A DNA stretch of 64,000 nucleotides from Chloroflexota bacterium (GCA_030447245.1 JAUJPG010000021.1:16842-80841); one strand, 5' to 3'. Positions 31,693 to 42,461 are shown, counted from the first letter of the stretch. A program made the numbers and translations. Notes: generated by a model from the letters alone, not told the origin.

Positions 31693-32814
31693 CTACTTCC
31701 GACTCCAGAGCAGAGCGTACAGGTCGCGCAGCTCCTGTTCGGTGGGGGCGTCCGGCGACAGCGTAACGTGCGGTCGGAGCCGCCGGACCGGCGCCGCCAC
31801 CTCGGCGTCGAGGTCGTGCCGGGTGGGGACCCGGCCGAGGGCGGCGAGCGTGGCCTGGGCGCTCGCCGAGAGCAGAGCATTTGCCACCAGGCGGGCGCCA
31901 CTCGCGTGAGCAGCCTCGGCGGCGACCACCACGACAGTCGGCTGGGCGATCAGCGGATCCAGCGCTACCCAGGCGGTCTTGGCGCCCGATTGCCGGTCGC
32001 GCTCCACGGCCTCGAGACGGTTCGCGATCGCCAGGGCGTATCGACCGCTCGCGACAGCCTGAGACAGCGATTCCGCCCCGCGCCGTGGCGTAACGCCCTG
32101 AGTCGCTAACGACTCGAGCAGCTGCCCCGTCTCGGTGCGCCCGAGCCGCTCGACCAGTCCGGCAAGCCAGGTAAGTGGCTCCTGTTCGGCGGCAAGGCGG
32201 TGTGCAAATCGCGAATCGCCCAGATCCTCATAACGGGCTGGTCGCGCCGAAGGCGGTACCAGCTCGGTGTGGTACTGCAGCACGTAGTAGGTGGCCGCCA
32301 TCGCGTGCCACCCACCACCCGGGTCGGCGTACTCGTGCCGAAGGGCGCCGGCCTCGGGTGGAGTCCAGCGCGCGGTCAGTCCGGCCCGGGCGAGCCTGGT
32401 GCCGGCATCGCCGACGTACACGTCCCAACCAGGGCGTCCGTCGTCGGTGTGCTTGAGCGCCAGGTCAAGCAGCTCGGCGTCGGGGCCGTAGGTCCACTCG
32501 ACGCTCACGCCCGGGTGCGCCGACCCGATCACGGCCTGCAGGGCTTCGATCTCGGCTAGCGTGAGCTCGGCGTACACCTGGACGCTGCCCTCGGACCGGG
32601 CACGCTCTTCCCAGGCCGCGATCCGCGGCGCCGGCGAGGGACTTGGCCGCGCGGCGGGGCTCGGAGCGGCCGGGTCCGCCCCTGGAGTCAGGAGGGCGCA
32701 GCCGAGACTCGCCGACCCCGCGGTGACGACCAGGGCGGCGATCAGGCGTCGACGTGACCGTCGACCGGCGCGGGCATCTCGGGCTGACTGGTGGTGTGAC
32801 GGAGAGTCCGACAT
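31693..32814 (-). CDS. Extracellular solute-binding protein (family 1, iron(III)-type-like) with Tat/lipoprotein-like signal
   Basis: The ATG at 32814 gives MSDSPSHHQSARDARAGRRSRRRLIAALVVTAGSASLGCALL. The body has a periplasmic binding-protein pattern. Substrate is not determinable. Confidence 0.6.
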   Translation of the reverse strand: MSDSPSHHQSARDARAGRRSRRRLIAALVVTAGSASLGCALLTPGADPAAPSPAARPSPSPAPRIAAWEERARSEGSVQVYAELTLAEIEALQAVIGSAHPGVSVEWTYGPDAELLDLALKHTDDGRPGWDVYVGDAGTRLARAGLTARWTPPEAGALRHEYADPGGGWHAMAATYYVLQYHTELVPPSARPARYEDLGDSRFAHRLAAEQEPLTWLAGLVERLGRTETGQLLESLATQGVTPRRGAESLSQAVASGRYALAIANRLEAVERDRQSGAKTAWVALDPLIAQPTVVVVAAEAAHASGARLVANALLSASAQATLAALGRVPTRHDLDAEVAAPVRRLRPHVTLSPDAPTEQELRDLYALLWSRK

Positions 32815-33022
32815 CCGGCAAGCGCCTCTCGCCGGCGGATGATCCGCCACCAGGGCGCATCCTGACAACTTGGAGGCGGCGCCGGGTTGCGGGGCCTTGC
32901 GCGCCGCGCTCACCGGCGATGTCGCAAACATGCCCGCTCTCAGCAGGGCGTGCTATGGTCAGGACGAGTGCTGAGATGGGCCGCACCCGGCTCGTACGCG
33001 GCCGTCGAGACGAAGGTACCCG

Positions 33023-33892
33023 ATGAACGATCGAGCTCTGCTCCTGATGGCCCACGGTAGTCGGAACGCCGAGGCCCGCGCGGAGTACGTCCGCATTCGC
33101 GATGCGCTTGCCCAGCGTTTGCCGGGCGAGACCATCGTCTTCTCGGTACTCGAGTTCCCGGACAGCGGCTATCTGCCGTCGATCGAAGAGGGCTGGCGAC
33201 GCTGTCGCGAGGCGGGAGCGACGCGAGTCGCGGCCCTGCCGTTTTTTCTCTTCCCGGCCGGTCACGTTCGCGAGGACTTGCCGGGCAAACTGGAGCAGGC
33301 CCGCGACAGGGTTGGTCCTGCCGAGCTTGACGCGCTTCCGCCGCTCGGGCCTGCCGACGAGCTGCTGGACGTGCTGGAGGACCGCGCGACCGACGTGCTC
33401 GCGGAACATGGGGGAGCGGCCGACGCGGCCGTGGTTCTTGTCGGCGCCGGAACCAGCGATCCGGACGCCAACGGCGATCTCTGCAAGGCCGCACGCCTGC
33501 TCTGGGAGCGTCGCTCGTTCCCGCTCGTCGAGGTTGCCTGGGTGAGCCTCACGCAGCCGACCGTCCCCATGGGTGTCGAGCGGTGCCTCAGACTCGGAGC
33601 GAAGAGGATCGCCGTCGTACCCTACTTCCTGAATACCGGCGTCTTGCTGCGGCGGATCGACCAGCAGCTCCGGCCGGTTCGCGAGCAGCATTCCACGATC
33701 CCGATGCCGCTGGCGCCCCATATGGGGCTCCACCCGCGCCTGCTCGACCTGCTCGAGCGTCGCGCCCGCGGCGGGCTCGACGGCGAATGCGCACGCGAGG
33801 GCCTGCTCGCCGTCTGCGGTCGCCCGTCCTGCACCGACGTGGCGCTGAGCCGCGCCCGGCTGCTCCGCGCGGCCACGCTGGTCGGAGGATGA
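33023..33892 (+). CDS. cbiX: Sirohydrochlorin chelatase, two-domain CbiX/SirB type
   Basis: MNDRALLLMAHGSRNAEA marks the first half and AVVLVGAGTSDPDANGD the second. The C-terminal tail is Cys-rich (CAREGLLAVCGRPSC). Confidence 0.8.
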   Translation: MNDRALLLMAHGSRNAEARAEYVRIRDALAQRLPGETIVFSVLEFPDSGYLPSIEEGWRRCREAGATRVAALPFFLFPAGHVREDLPGKLEQARDRVGPAELDALPPLGPADELLDVLEDRATDVLAEHGGAADAAVVLVGAGTSDPDANGDLCKAARLLWERRSFPLVEVAWVSLTQPTVPMGVERCLRLGAKRIAVVPYFLNTGVLLRRIDQQLRPVREQHSTIPMPLAPHMGLHPRLLDLLERRARGGLDGECAREGLLAVCGRPSCTDVALSRARLLRAATLVGG

Positions 33893-33924
33893 TCCCGTCC
33901 GCGACTTCGAGAGGGGCGCGCGGC

Positions 33925-33959
33925 GAAGCGGCCCCGAAGATGCTCCGGGGCCGCTTCTT
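33925..33959. terminator. Bidirectional intrinsic-terminator-like hairpin between cbiX and clpC
   Basis: A perfect 12-bp stem, GAAGCGGCCCCG (33925-33936) pairing with CGGGGCCGCTTC (33946-33957), encloses a 9-nt loop and is followed by TT. It sits between convergent gene ends. Confidence 0.6.
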
Positions 33960-33980
33960 GGGTGGGCGTACGCCTGGACG

Positions 33981-36428
33981 TCAGGCTGCTACGCGGAGAG
34001 GCTCGCTGACCTTCTGAGCGGACTTGACGAACGTCAAGCTGTCGTTCTCGACGTCCACCCGAATCTCGTCCCCGGCCGCGTACTCATCGCCGAGCACCTG
34101 CTTGGCCAGCACATTCTCGACCTGCCGCTGGATCAAGCGACGGAGCGGGCGCGCGCCGTACTCCTCGTCGTAGCCGTTCTTGACCAGCCAGTCTTTGGCC
34201 GCGTCCGTGAGTGCAAGCTGGAGCTCACGCTCGGCCAGTCGCTTCCGCAGCTCGTCAAGCATCTTGTCGACCACCAGCCGTAGCCGCTCGGGCGCCAGTC
34301 GATGGAAGACGATGATCTCGTCAATGCGGTTCAGGAACTCTGGACGGAACGTGTCTTTCAGAGCGGTCATCAGCCGCTTCTCGATCGCCTGCTCGGCTGC
34401 CACCTCAGCGCTGCCGCCGACCTGGAAGCCGAACGTATCGCGCCGCTTCGAATAGGCGTCCGTCGAGCCGACGTTCGAGGTCATGATGATGATCGTGTTC
34501 CGGAAATCGACCGTTCGGCCGTGACCGTCGGTCAGACGTCCGTCGTCCAGGATCTGCAGCAGCGCGCTCCAGACCTCCGGATGGGCCTTTTCAACCTCGT
34601 CGAACAGGACCACCTGGTAGGGCCGACGCCGAACGGCCTCGGTGAGTTGGCCGCCCTGCTCGTACCCGACATAGCCAGGTGGCGACCCGAACAACCGCGA
34701 AACGGTGTGCGGCTCGCGATACTCGCTCATGTCGATGCGTAGCAATGCGTCCTCGTCGTCAAACAGGAAGTCCGCCAACGTCTTCGCCAGCTCCGTCTTC
34801 CCCACACCGGTCGGCCCGAGGAACAGAAACGAGCCGATCGGTCGACGAGGATCGCCCAGACCCGACCGCGACCGGCGAAGCGCGTCCGATACGGCCACGA
34901 TCGCCTGGTCCTGGTCGATGACACGCAGATGCAGTGCGTCTTCGAGCCTGAGCAGCTTGTCGGCCTCATCTGAGAAGATGTTGCGCACCGGAATGCCTGT
35001 CCACTGGGCGACGACCTCGGCGATCTCGGAAGATCCGACCACCCGCTGCTCCGGTTCGACCGCGACCGCCTCGGGATGCTCGCCTTCCAGCTTGAGCCGC
35101 TCCTGGCGGAGTCGGGCCGCGGCCTCGTAGTCACGATTCTGCCAGGCCTCGTCCTCCTGTGCCGTCAGACGAGCGATCTGCGCGGCCGGGCTGTCGGCCT
35201 GTTCGCGCGCGGCGCGCAGCCGCACCTTGGACGCGGCCTCGTCGACGAGGTCGATGGCCTTGTCCGGAAGCGAGCGATCCTGGATGTAGCGGTCCGAAAG
35301 ATGCGCCGCGGCGTCGAGCGCCTCGTCGGCGATCTCGAGGCCATGATGGTCCTGGTAGCGCGGCCGCAGACCGCGAAGAATCTGGACGGTTTCGTCGACC
35401 GTCGGCTGATCGACAAAGATCGGCGCGAAGCGGCGCTCCAGGGCTGAGTCCTTCTCGATGCCCTGCCGATAGTCGTCCAACGTGGTGGCACCGATGCAGT
35501 GCAGCTCGCCACGCGCGAGCGCAGGCTTTAGCAGATTCGCCGCGTCTAGCGCGCCCTCGGCGCCGCCGGTGCCCACGAGCGTGTGCAGCTCGTCGATGAA
35601 CAGGATGATCTGACCGTTGGACGCCTTGACTTCTTCGACGACGCCCTTGAGCCGTTCCTCGAACTCGCCGCGGAACTTTGAGCCTGCCAACAGCGCGCCC
35701 ATGTCCAGCGAGACCAGCCGCTTGTCGCGCAGCGGCTCGGGCACGTCGTTGCCGACGATGGCGCGTGCCAACCCCTCCACGACCGCCGTCTTGCCAACCC
35801 CGGGGTCGCCGATAAGGACTGGGTTGTTCTTGGTGCGGCGAACGAGGATTTCCATCAGCCGGAGAATCTCGTCGTCGCGGCCGATCACCGGATCGAGCTT
35901 GTCCTGCCTGGCGAGCGCGGTCAAGTCGACGCCGTACTTCTCGAGCGCCTGATATCGGGCCTCGGCGTTCGCGTCGCCGACTGGTCGGCCGCCTCGGACG
36001 CTCTCGAACGCGGCCTCGAGCGTAGCTCGGTCAAGCCCGTGCTCCGCGAACAGCCGACTCGCCGCGTCGTTCGGCTCAGCCACGGCGGCGAGCATCAGGT
36101 GCTCGGTGCCGACGAAGCTGTCGCCGCGCCGTTCGGCGTCGGCAAGGGCGCGTTGCAGCACCGCGGTGGCCCGGTTCGTCACGTACAGGGTGTTCCCCTG
36201 CGCGGCAGCGGGGCGCCGTGCGAGATCACGCTGGAGCGCATCCAGCAGCGGCGCGGGTGAAGTCTGCAGATGCTTGAGCGCGAGTGGCACAAGGCCGTCG
36301 CGCTGACCAAGCAAAATGAGGAGCAGGTGCTCGGTGTCGAGCGCGTTGTGGCGCAGCTTGATCAACAGCTCCTGGGAACGAGCCAGCGCCTGGCGCGCCT
36401 GCTCGGTGAGCTTGTCCACGGGAATCAC
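33981..36428 (-). CDS. clpC: ATP-dependent Clp protease ATP-binding subunit ClpC-type (two AAA+ modules, UVR-like middle motif)
   Basis: GTG at 36428 with AGGAGG 8 nt upstream is likelier than the track start at 36476. Clp_N repeats are present. Walker A motifs are GDPGVGKT and GPTGVGKT. The UVR-like segment reads [24 protein letters not shown]. Confidence 0.9.
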   Translation of the reverse strand: MIPVDKLTEQARQALARSQELLIKLRHNALDTEHLLLILLGQRDGLVPLALKHLQTSPAPLLDALQRDLARRPAAAQGNTLYVTNRATAVLQRALADAERRGDSFVGTEHLMLAAVAEPNDAASRLFAEHGLDRATLEAAFESVRGGRPVGDANAEARYQALEKYGVDLTALARQDKLDPVIGRDDEILRLMEILVRRTKNNPVLIGDPGVGKTAVVEGLARAIVGNDVPEPLRDKRLVSLDMGALLAGSKFRGEFEERLKGVVEEVKASNGQIILFIDELHTLVGTGGAEGALDAANLLKPALARGELHCIGATTLDDYRQGIEKDSALERRFAPIFVDQPTVDETVQILRGLRPRYQDHHGLEIADEALDAAAHLSDRYIQDRSLPDKAIDLVDEAASKVRLRAAREQADSPAAQIARLTAQEDEAWQNRDYEAAARLRQERLKLEGEHPEAVAVEPEQRVVGSSEIAEVVAQWTGIPVRNIFSDEADKLLRLEDALHLRVIDQDQAIVAVSDALRRSRSGLGDPRRPIGSFLFLGPTGVGKTELAKTLADFLFDDEDALLRIDMSEYREPHTVSRLFGSPPGYVGYEQGGQLTEAVRRRPYQVVLFDEVEKAHPEVWSALLQILDDGRLTDGHGRTVDFRNTIIIMTSNVGSTDAYSKRRDTFGFQVGGSAEVAAEQAIEKRLMTALKDTFRPEFLNRIDEIIVFHRLAPERLRLVVDKMLDELRKRLAERELQLALTDAAKDWLVKNGYDEEYGARPLRRLIQRQVENVLAKQVLGDEYAAGDEIRVDVENDSLTFVKSAQKVSEPLRVAA

Positions 36429-36668
36429 GGTGGTCGCCTCCTGGCGAAAACTGTGCGTCTGCTCGCCCGGAGCCAACCCCCGAACTTGCTAATACCATTG
36501 TAAAGCTTTATGCGGTGGTGCCCACACTATTCCTGGCCGGACCGCGTCCGGCATCGGTCGGAAACAATGCTAGGATCGGCATCTAGTTCAACAGACGGAT
36601 GCAGCGGCGTATTCCGCTGGCTCGCCCCGGCGCGACGTCCCACCGGTGGGTCGGCTACGCTCTGGGCG

Positions 36669-37622
36669 ATGGCCGCGCCCGACCCCGAGTCCAGACTGGC
36701 ACGTCGGCAGCGTTTGGCCGATCTGGCCCTGCTCGCCGTGGCCGTGGCCTGGGGCATCACCTTCGTCGTGGTGAAAGAGGCTCTGAATGCGGTAGGACCG
36801 TTCACCTTCGTCGCGCTCCGATTTGCCTGGGGCGCTGCCGCGATGGCTCCGCTCGTCCTGCTCGGGCGAGGTGTGATGTCCAGAGGAGACATCCTCCGTC
36901 CGAATGGGACCGTGTCGCTGGCGAGGGCGGGCAGCCTGACCGGTGCGTGTCTGTTCGCGGGCTACGCGTTCCAGACTGCCGGGCTCCAGGTGACGAGCGC
37001 GGGACGGGCTGCGTTTATCACCGGTCTATCGGTGGTGATCGTGCCGATCCTCGTCGCCCTGGTGGCTCACCAGCCCGTCGGGCGGGCGGCGGGCGCGGGC
37101 GTTGGCCTGGCAACGCTCGGGCTGGCGCTCCTATCCGCCGAGGCGCTGTCGATCGACCTCGAGACCACGGGCATCGGCGATCTCCTGGTATTGGGCTGCG
37201 CCTTCGCCTTTGCGCTCCACATTTTCCTCCTGGGGCGGTTCGCGCCGAGGCACGATGTTGTGCGCCTAACCACGGTGCAGATCATCACCGTAGCCGCGCT
37301 GAGTGGGATCGCGGTTGCGATCTGGGAAGCGCCAGCCTGGGAGGGTCTGGTTGCCGCCTGGCCAGCCGCCGCGTTCACCGGCGTGCTCTGCACGGCGCTG
37401 GCATTCGCCGTCCAGACGGAGGCCCAGCGGTTCACCACGCCCACCCACACGGCCTTGATCTTTTCGACCGAGCCGGTCTTCGGGGCGCTGTTCGCCGCTG
37501 CCTTCGCCGGAGAGCGGTTCGGCGGGACGGAGCTGGCAGGCTGCGGGTTGATCCTGCTCGGGATGCTCGTGGTCCAGCTCTTCCCGGCGCGTCAGCGTCC
37601 CGCGGCCGTACGCGACCAGTAG
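36669..37622 (+). CDS. DMT-superfamily (EamA-type) transporter
   Basis: The ATG at 36669 gives MAAPDPESRLARRQRLADLALLAVAVAWGITFVV. There are ten hydrophobic segments arranged as two EamA-like halves. Confidence 0.85.
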   Translation: MAAPDPESRLARRQRLADLALLAVAVAWGITFVVVKEALNAVGPFTFVALRFAWGAAAMAPLVLLGRGVMSRGDILRPNGTVSLARAGSLTGACLFAGYAFQTAGLQVTSAGRAAFITGLSVVIVPILVALVAHQPVGRAAGAGVGLATLGLALLSAEALSIDLETTGIGDLLVLGCAFAFALHIFLLGRFAPRHDVVRLTTVQIITVAALSGIAVAIWEAPAWEGLVAAWPAAAFTGVLCTALAFAVQTEAQRFTTPTHTALIFSTEPVFGALFAAAFAGERFGGTELAGCGLILLGMLVVQLFPARQRPAAVRDQ

Positions 37623-37964
37623 TGACTCGGCTAACGCACGACCCAACGCGGGCCTGCCAGCCGCGTGCTTGCCGTGCGCGCCGCCCCGGGATGGTCATGC
37701 AGGGTGGCAGGCTCACCCCTAGCCAAGGTCGCGGTTGGACGCTTGGCAGACCTGTTCGTCGCGAGCTGGGAACGCGAGCGGTCGAGACAGAGCGCTCAGG
37801 ATCACCCCGCCGACTTGGGAGACAGGGCCTGGGCCGGTGCACCGATTGGCTGGCGACAGCTGCCAGGAGCGTCGGCATTGTCCCGGTGCGGGGTCGCACG
37901 CGACAATGCCGGACGGAACGCCAAGCTTGGTGGCCGCTCCTCCGGGTGCGGCTCAGGAGTTGCC

Positions 37965-38366
37965 GTGGATCTCCTCGTCACCATTCACAGTCTCTGGCGC
38001 TGGGCGGTGCTCATCGCCGCGGTCGTCGCGCTGGTCGCCGCGACCGCTGGCTGGCTCGGCGCCTTACCGCCGCTGCTGGCTGCGCGGCGGGCAGGCTCGC
38101 TGTACGCGCTCGCCCTGTCGGTCCAGTTCCTCATCGGCGTCGTCGTGTGGGTGGGCAAGGGATGGTATGCCGCTCCAGGCTACTTTCGCTTCGAGCACCC
38201 CACGATCATGCTCCTGGCGCTGGCGGTCGCCCACGGCGGCATGGCCTGGGCGAGGCGGGCTGGACGCTCCGCGCCCGAGCTTGCCGCGCGAAACGTCGCG
38301 ATTGCAACCTTGGTCAGCCTCGTCCTGGTGATCGTCGGAATCCCCGGCGTCGTTCGCGGGATGTAG
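37965..38366 (+). CDS. Hypothetical membrane protein (about 133 aa, 4 TM)
   Basis: Only the last part of track ORF 37665-38366 looks coding. GTG at 37965 follows CAGGAG and gives (M)DLLVTIHSLWRWAVLIAAVVALVAA.... Confidence 0.45.
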   Translation: MDLLVTIHSLWRWAVLIAAVVALVAATAGWLGALPPLLAARRAGSLYALALSVQFLIGVVVWVGKGWYAAPGYFRFEHPTIMLLALAVAHGGMAWARRAGRSAPELAARNVAIATLVSLVLVIVGIPGVVRGM

Positions 38367-38372
38367 CGGTTG

Positions 38373-39065
38373 ATGGTCATCCTGCCGGCGGCGTCGCTGC
38401 TCGTCAGCCTCGCGCTTAGCGCGGTAGCGCTGCGCCGCTACCTGACTCGTCGGCGACCGCACGAGCTCGTCTGGTCGGCCACCTTTTGCTCCTTCGCGCT
38501 GGCCGCCGGCTGCGAGGTCGCCGGTGCCGCCTGGGGCTGGACTCCCTTCCTGGCCCGCCTCTACTACGTCACGGGCGCCACCATGTCGGTCGGCTACCTG
38601 GCGGTCGGGACGCTGTACTTGCTGGCCCCGCGCCCGATCGCCTTCGCGGGGCTGCTGGTGGTCCTGGTCCAGAGCACCGCCGCGCTGCTGCTGGTCTGGC
38701 GGGCGCCGGTTGATCCGGACCTTCTCGCGGTGGCTGGCTGGTCCGCGCTGCAACGGCGCGGCGAATTGATCGCGCTGGCGATCACGATCAACTCGCTCGG
38801 GACCGCGATCGTCGTCGGCGGTGCGCTCGGCTCCGCCTGGCTGCTCTGGCGCGGACGTGCGCCGGCGGGACGGGCGGGTGGTCTCGCCCTGATCGGCCTC
38901 GGAACCCTGGTAGTCGCGATGGGCGGGACCCTGACCCGCTTCGGTCGGCACGAGTACCTGTACGCGGCGATGGCACCCGGCCTGCTGCTCATCTTCGCCG
39001 GCTATCTGCTGGCGAACAGGGGACCACGGCCGGAGGGGGCGCCAAAGGAACCCTTGAGCGTCTGA
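38373..39065 (+). CDS. Hypothetical polytopic membrane protein
   Basis: MVILPAASLLVSLALSAVALRRYL... with 6-7 hydrophobic segments. It starts 7 nt after the previous stop. No family was recognised. Confidence 0.55.
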   Translation: MVILPAASLLVSLALSAVALRRYLTRRRPHELVWSATFCSFALAAGCEVAGAAWGWTPFLARLYYVTGATMSVGYLAVGTLYLLAPRPIAFAGLLVVLVQSTAALLLVWRAPVDPDLLAVAGWSALQRRGELIALAITINSLGTAIVVGGALGSAWLLWRGRAPAGRAGGLALIGLGTLVVAMGGTLTRFGRHEYLYAAMAPGLLLIFAGYLLANRGPRPEGAPKEPLSV

Positions 39066-39181
39066 GTGTTCTGCCCGCACCCTTCGTGTAAGTCGCGTGG
39101 ACACCCGAATCCTTTCGCCGTCGTCCAGGTGCTCTCAGGGGTCGAGCACATTCCGACTGGTGCGCAGGTGCAACCAGGGTG

Positions 39182-39868
39182 CTACGGGGTGCTCCGGCCG
39201 GGTTCGGCGTGGCCCAAGCCAGCGGCCGCTGACTCCGCTTTCGCCGCGCGCACGGTCCACCAGCACGAAAATGCCAGCGTCGCGCCGTTGACGACCATGT
39301 TGAACACCGTCACGGCGGCGAGGAACGCTTCCAGGCTGAGCGCTTCGAGCAGCCAGACTCGAGCCGCTGCCTTCGCCAGGGCAACCACGGCCCACGCCAG
39401 CGTGACGTGACCAAGCGCGCGGTGTACGCCGGGTGAGTTGACGTAACGGTCCGGGACCAACGCCAGCTCGCGGGCGAGCATCGGTACGAGCGGGCGGCGA
39501 AGCAGCAACGAGCCGAGCAAGCCGATCGCCCAGCAGACGTTCTCGACCGCCGGGGCGAGCAAGTAGGTCTCGACCGAGTCGAACGCGATCGCCAGCGACC
39601 CCTGGACCAGGATCACGGCCATCGGGACGAGGACGACCGGATCGAGCCTTCCAAGTCGACGAGCCTGGACCACGAGCGCGGCAAGCGAGACGGCCATGCC
39701 GCCGGCGATGCCGGCCGACGGACCGAACAGCCGATACAGCGCGTAGAACGTGAAGATCGGCGCGACGCCTCCGAGGGCGAAGCGGTTGCCCGCGGCCTGG
39801 AGTCTCGGCAATAGCTCGGAGAGACGTGGCTGATCCGGCAGGGCTGGCGGCGCGGTGGGCTCGGTCAC
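39182..39868 (-). CDS. Hypothetical membrane protein (possibly septation-protein-A/DUF3159-like; name unverified)
   Basis: 228 aa. The GTG start overlaps the uvrD stop. It has 5-6 hydrophobic segments. Confidence 0.55.
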   Translation of the reverse strand: MTEPTAPPALPDQPRLSELLPRLQAAGNRFALGGVAPIFTFYALYRLFGPSAGIAGGMAVSLAALVVQARRLGRLDPVVLVPMAVILVQGSLAIAFDSVETYLLAPAVENVCWAIGLLGSLLLRRPLVPMLARELALVPDRYVNSPGVHRALGHVTLAWAVVALAKAAARVWLLEALSLEAFLAAVTVFNMVVNGATLAFSCWWTVRAAKAESAAAGLGHAEPGRSTP

Positions 39869-42345
39869 GCGGGCTCGAGTCGGTGGATGGCCAGCGACAG
39901 GTTCTTCGGCTTGTCCGGCCGCACGTCGAACCGCACCAGGATCAGCTCCTCGGAACCGGCAAAACTGCTGACGAGGACGCTGCCCTCGCCGTATTCAGCG
40001 TGGTGGACCCGCTGGCCCCGCGCGAAGCTTGCCTGGCGCGTCGCGTTCGGATGCGCGGCACCAACCGCGCCGCCTTGCATCTGCGTCTTTGCTGGGTTCA
40101 GACGGGTGGGGCGCTCGGCGTCGCCATCGCGCGTCAACGGCGCGAAGAGCGGTCCTTCGTCGCCCCCAACTGGCCGGCTCTTGGGTCGCGAGACGCCACC
40201 ATCTGGCTCGCCGATCCCGCTGGCCCGCCATGGCAACACGGGCCGGGGCCCGGCGCGGAAGCTGGCCTGACCGGTTCGCGCCGCGGCCACGCCGCGAAGG
40301 CCGCCGAGCGTGCCAACAGCTCGCCGCCCGCCACCGCCGGCGGCGCGGCCGAAACTGGTCTCGATCAGCGTGGGCGGGATGTCGGCCAGGAAGCGCGAGG
40401 GCGGATTGCTGCCCTCGGTGCCGAAGGTCGTCCGGCGGAAGGCGTGGAGCAGGTAAAGGCTGCGCATGGCGCGCGTCACGCCGACGTAGAAGAGACGGCG
40501 CTCCTCCTCCATCTGCTCGGCGCTCTCCTGCGAGCGCATGTGGGGGATGATCCCCTCCTCGACGCCCAGGATGAAGACGTCCGCAAACTCCAGGCCCTTG
40601 GCCGCGTGCAGCGTGATCAGCGTCACGGCGTCGGTCGCGCCCGACTGCAGGCTGTCGACGTCCTGAACCAGCGCGACTTCTTCCAGGAACGTGGCCAGCC
40701 CCGTTCCCGGCTCCAGGTCATCGTAGTCGCGAGCCTTGGTCCGTAGCTCCAGGACGTTCTGCCAGCGCTCCTCGCCCTCTTCAGACCCGTCGCGCACGAA
40801 GGCCTCGTAGCCGATCTTGCGAATGAGGTCGTCGAGCAGGTCGGAGAGGGAGCTGTCCGCACGCCGCGCCCGCGAACCTTCAAGCCGCTCGACGAACTCG
40901 TGCAGCGCCCGCCGCGCTCGGGACGCCAGCGGCGTCGCCGGCGGTGGACTCGTGGTGTTGGCGTCGTCGTAGCCCGAAGCCAGCTTGACCGCGTCGTAGA
41001 GTGGGATGCCGCGCCTATGGGCCAGACGGTTCACTTCGTCCAGCGTCTTCGCGCCGAGTCCGCGTGGCGGGACGTTGATGACGCGCCCGAGGCTGACACC
41101 GTCCGAGGCGTTCTGGAGCAGGCGTAGATAGGCCAGGACGTCCTTGATCTCGCGGCGCTGGTAGAAGCGAGTGCCGCCGATCAGCCGATACGGCATGCCG
41201 TAGCGCACCATCGCGTCTTCGACTGCGCGAGACTGGGCGTTGGTGCGGTACATCATCGTGGCATCGGCGAGGCGCCCGCCCGCCCGGCGCAGCGCTTCGA
41301 TCTGGCGGACCACGAACAGCGCTTCGTCCTGCTCGTTGTACGCCTCGTGGAGTACAACCGGTCGGCCGCGCGGGTTATCGGTCCAGAGTCGCTTCTCCTT
41401 GCGCAGCGTGTTAGCCCCGATCACCGCTCGGGCGACGTCGAGGATCGTGCCGGTCGAGCGATAGTTCTGCTCCAACACGACGACGCGCAGCTCCGGGAAA
41501 TCACGCTCGAAGTTGAAGATGTTCTTGACGTCAGCCTTCCGCCAGCCGTAGATCGACTGGTCCTCATCCCCGACGATGCAGATGTTGCGGTGCCTGGACC
41601 CGAGCAGCTTGACCAGCTGGTACTGGGTGACGTTGGTGTCCTGGAACTCGTCGATCATCTGATGACGGTAGCGGTCCTGGTAGCGCTCCAGGACGTCAGG
41701 GTACTCGCGGAAGAGCTCGACGGCTGTCCCGAGCAGGTCGTCGAAGTCGAGTGCCCGATTGTTGGTCAGCAGCTCCTGGTAGCGGGCGTAGGTTCGCGCC
41801 ACGATCTTTGGCCACAGTCCGTCGGCTTGGTCGGCGTACCGTCGCGGCGAGATCAGCTCGCTCTTCGCGGCTGAGATGGCGCCGAGGACCGCGCGCGCTG
41901 AAGTCCGCTTGTCGTCGATCTCCAGCTCGCGCATCGCCTGCTTGATCAGCTCGAGCTGGTCGGCCTCGTCGAAGATTGCGAAGTGCGGGTCGAGTCCGAG
42001 GCGGTGTCCGTCGATCCTGAGCCAGCGCGCGCAGGTGGCGTGGAACGTGCCGACGGTCAGGTGGCGAGCCGGGCCGGCGCCCACCAGGGCGTCCAAACGG
42101 TCGCGCATTTCGCGAGCGGCCTTGTTGGTGAATGTCACCGCCAGCAGGTTGTACGGCGAGACGCCGAGCTCTTCGAGCAAGTAGGCGACGCGATGGACGA
42201 TCACCCGCGTCTTGCCCGAGCCGGGCCCGGCGACGATCAGCAGCGGTCCCTCGGTGGTCGTTACGGCTTCGCGCTGAGCCTGGTTCAATTCGTCGAGCAG
42301 GCGCACGGAGTCGCAGAACCTCCAACCGCTGGGGACCTCTGCCAA
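39865..42345 (-). CDS. uvrD: UvrD/PcrA-type ATP-dependent DNA helicase
   Basis: 826 aa. Motifs: LNQAQREAV..LLIVAGPGSGKT (Walker A), DEFQDTN, VGDEDQSIYGWR, and a C-terminal Tudor-like RVHHAEYGEGSVL. The exact start (TTG 42345 or a downstream GTG) is uncertain. Confidence 0.9.
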   Translation of the reverse strand: MAEVPSGWRFCDSVRLLDELNQAQREAVTTTEGPLLIVAGPGSGKTRVIVHRVAYLLEELGVSPYNLLAVTFTNKAAREMRDRLDALVGAGPARHLTVGTFHATCARWLRIDGHRLGLDPHFAIFDEADQLELIKQAMRELEIDDKRTSARAVLGAISAAKSELISPRRYADQADGLWPKIVARTYARYQELLTNNRALDFDDLLGTAVELFREYPDVLERYQDRYRHQMIDEFQDTNVTQYQLVKLLGSRHRNICIVGDEDQSIYGWRKADVKNIFNFERDFPELRVVVLEQNYRSTGTILDVARAVIGANTLRKEKRLWTDNPRGRPVVLHEAYNEQDEALFVVRQIEALRRAGGRLADATMMYRTNAQSRAVEDAMVRYGMPYRLIGGTRFYQRREIKDVLAYLRLLQNASDGVSLGRVINVPPRGLGAKTLDEVNRLAHRRGIPLYDAVKLASGYDDANTTSPPPATPLASRARRALHEFVERLEGSRARRADSSLSDLLDDLIRKIGYEAFVRDGSEEGEERWQNVLELRTKARDYDDLEPGTGLATFLEEVALVQDVDSLQSGATDAVTLITLHAAKGLEFADVFILGVEEGIIPHMRSQESAEQMEEERRLFYVGVTRAMRSLYLLHAFRRTTFGTEGSNPPSRFLADIPPTLIETSFGRAAGGGGRRAVGTLGGLRGVAAARTGQASFRAGPRPVLPWRASGIGEPDGGVSRPKSRPVGGDEGPLFAPLTRDGDAERPTRLNPAKTQMQGGAVGAAHPNATRQASFARGQRVHHAEYGEGSVLVSSFAGSEELILVRFDVRPDKPKNLSLAIHRLEPA

Positions 42346-42430
42346 AGTATATCAGCGGGACGGCGCGCTCCTGTCTCGTCCGCGTGTGCTGGCCGCGCAC
42401 GTCGGTGAGCCGCCCGGTGCCCGCGGCTGC

Positions 42431-42461
42431 TTGCCCACCTTCCGGGGCCCTGTGCTATACT
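42431..42461 (+). promoter_or_regulatory. Candidate sigma-70-type promoter of tRNA-Leu
   Basis: TTGCCC (42431-42436), a 19-nt spacer, then TGtGcTATACT with -10 TATACT (42456-42461), about 10 nt before the tRNA 5' end. The spacer is longer than optimal. Confidence 0.4.

Noticed and set aside
32815-33022. Looked for a cobalamin riboswitch upstream of cbiX
   Set aside because: I could not find B12-box-like or other conserved riboswitch core sequences by eye. A covariance-model scan would be needed to be sure.
36429-36668. Looked for a CtsR operator or a clear promoter upstream of clpC in the AT-richer patch (TTTACAATGGTATTAG)
   Set aside because: No tandem GGTCAAA-type heptads are present. Only a weak extended -10-like element was seen, which is insufficient to call.
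36599-38419. 606-aa plus-strand ORF spanning the DMT gene and the next two genes
   Set aside because: It is extremely Arg/Pro/Gly-rich and out of frame with the hydrophobic, well-formed transporter ORFs it overlaps.
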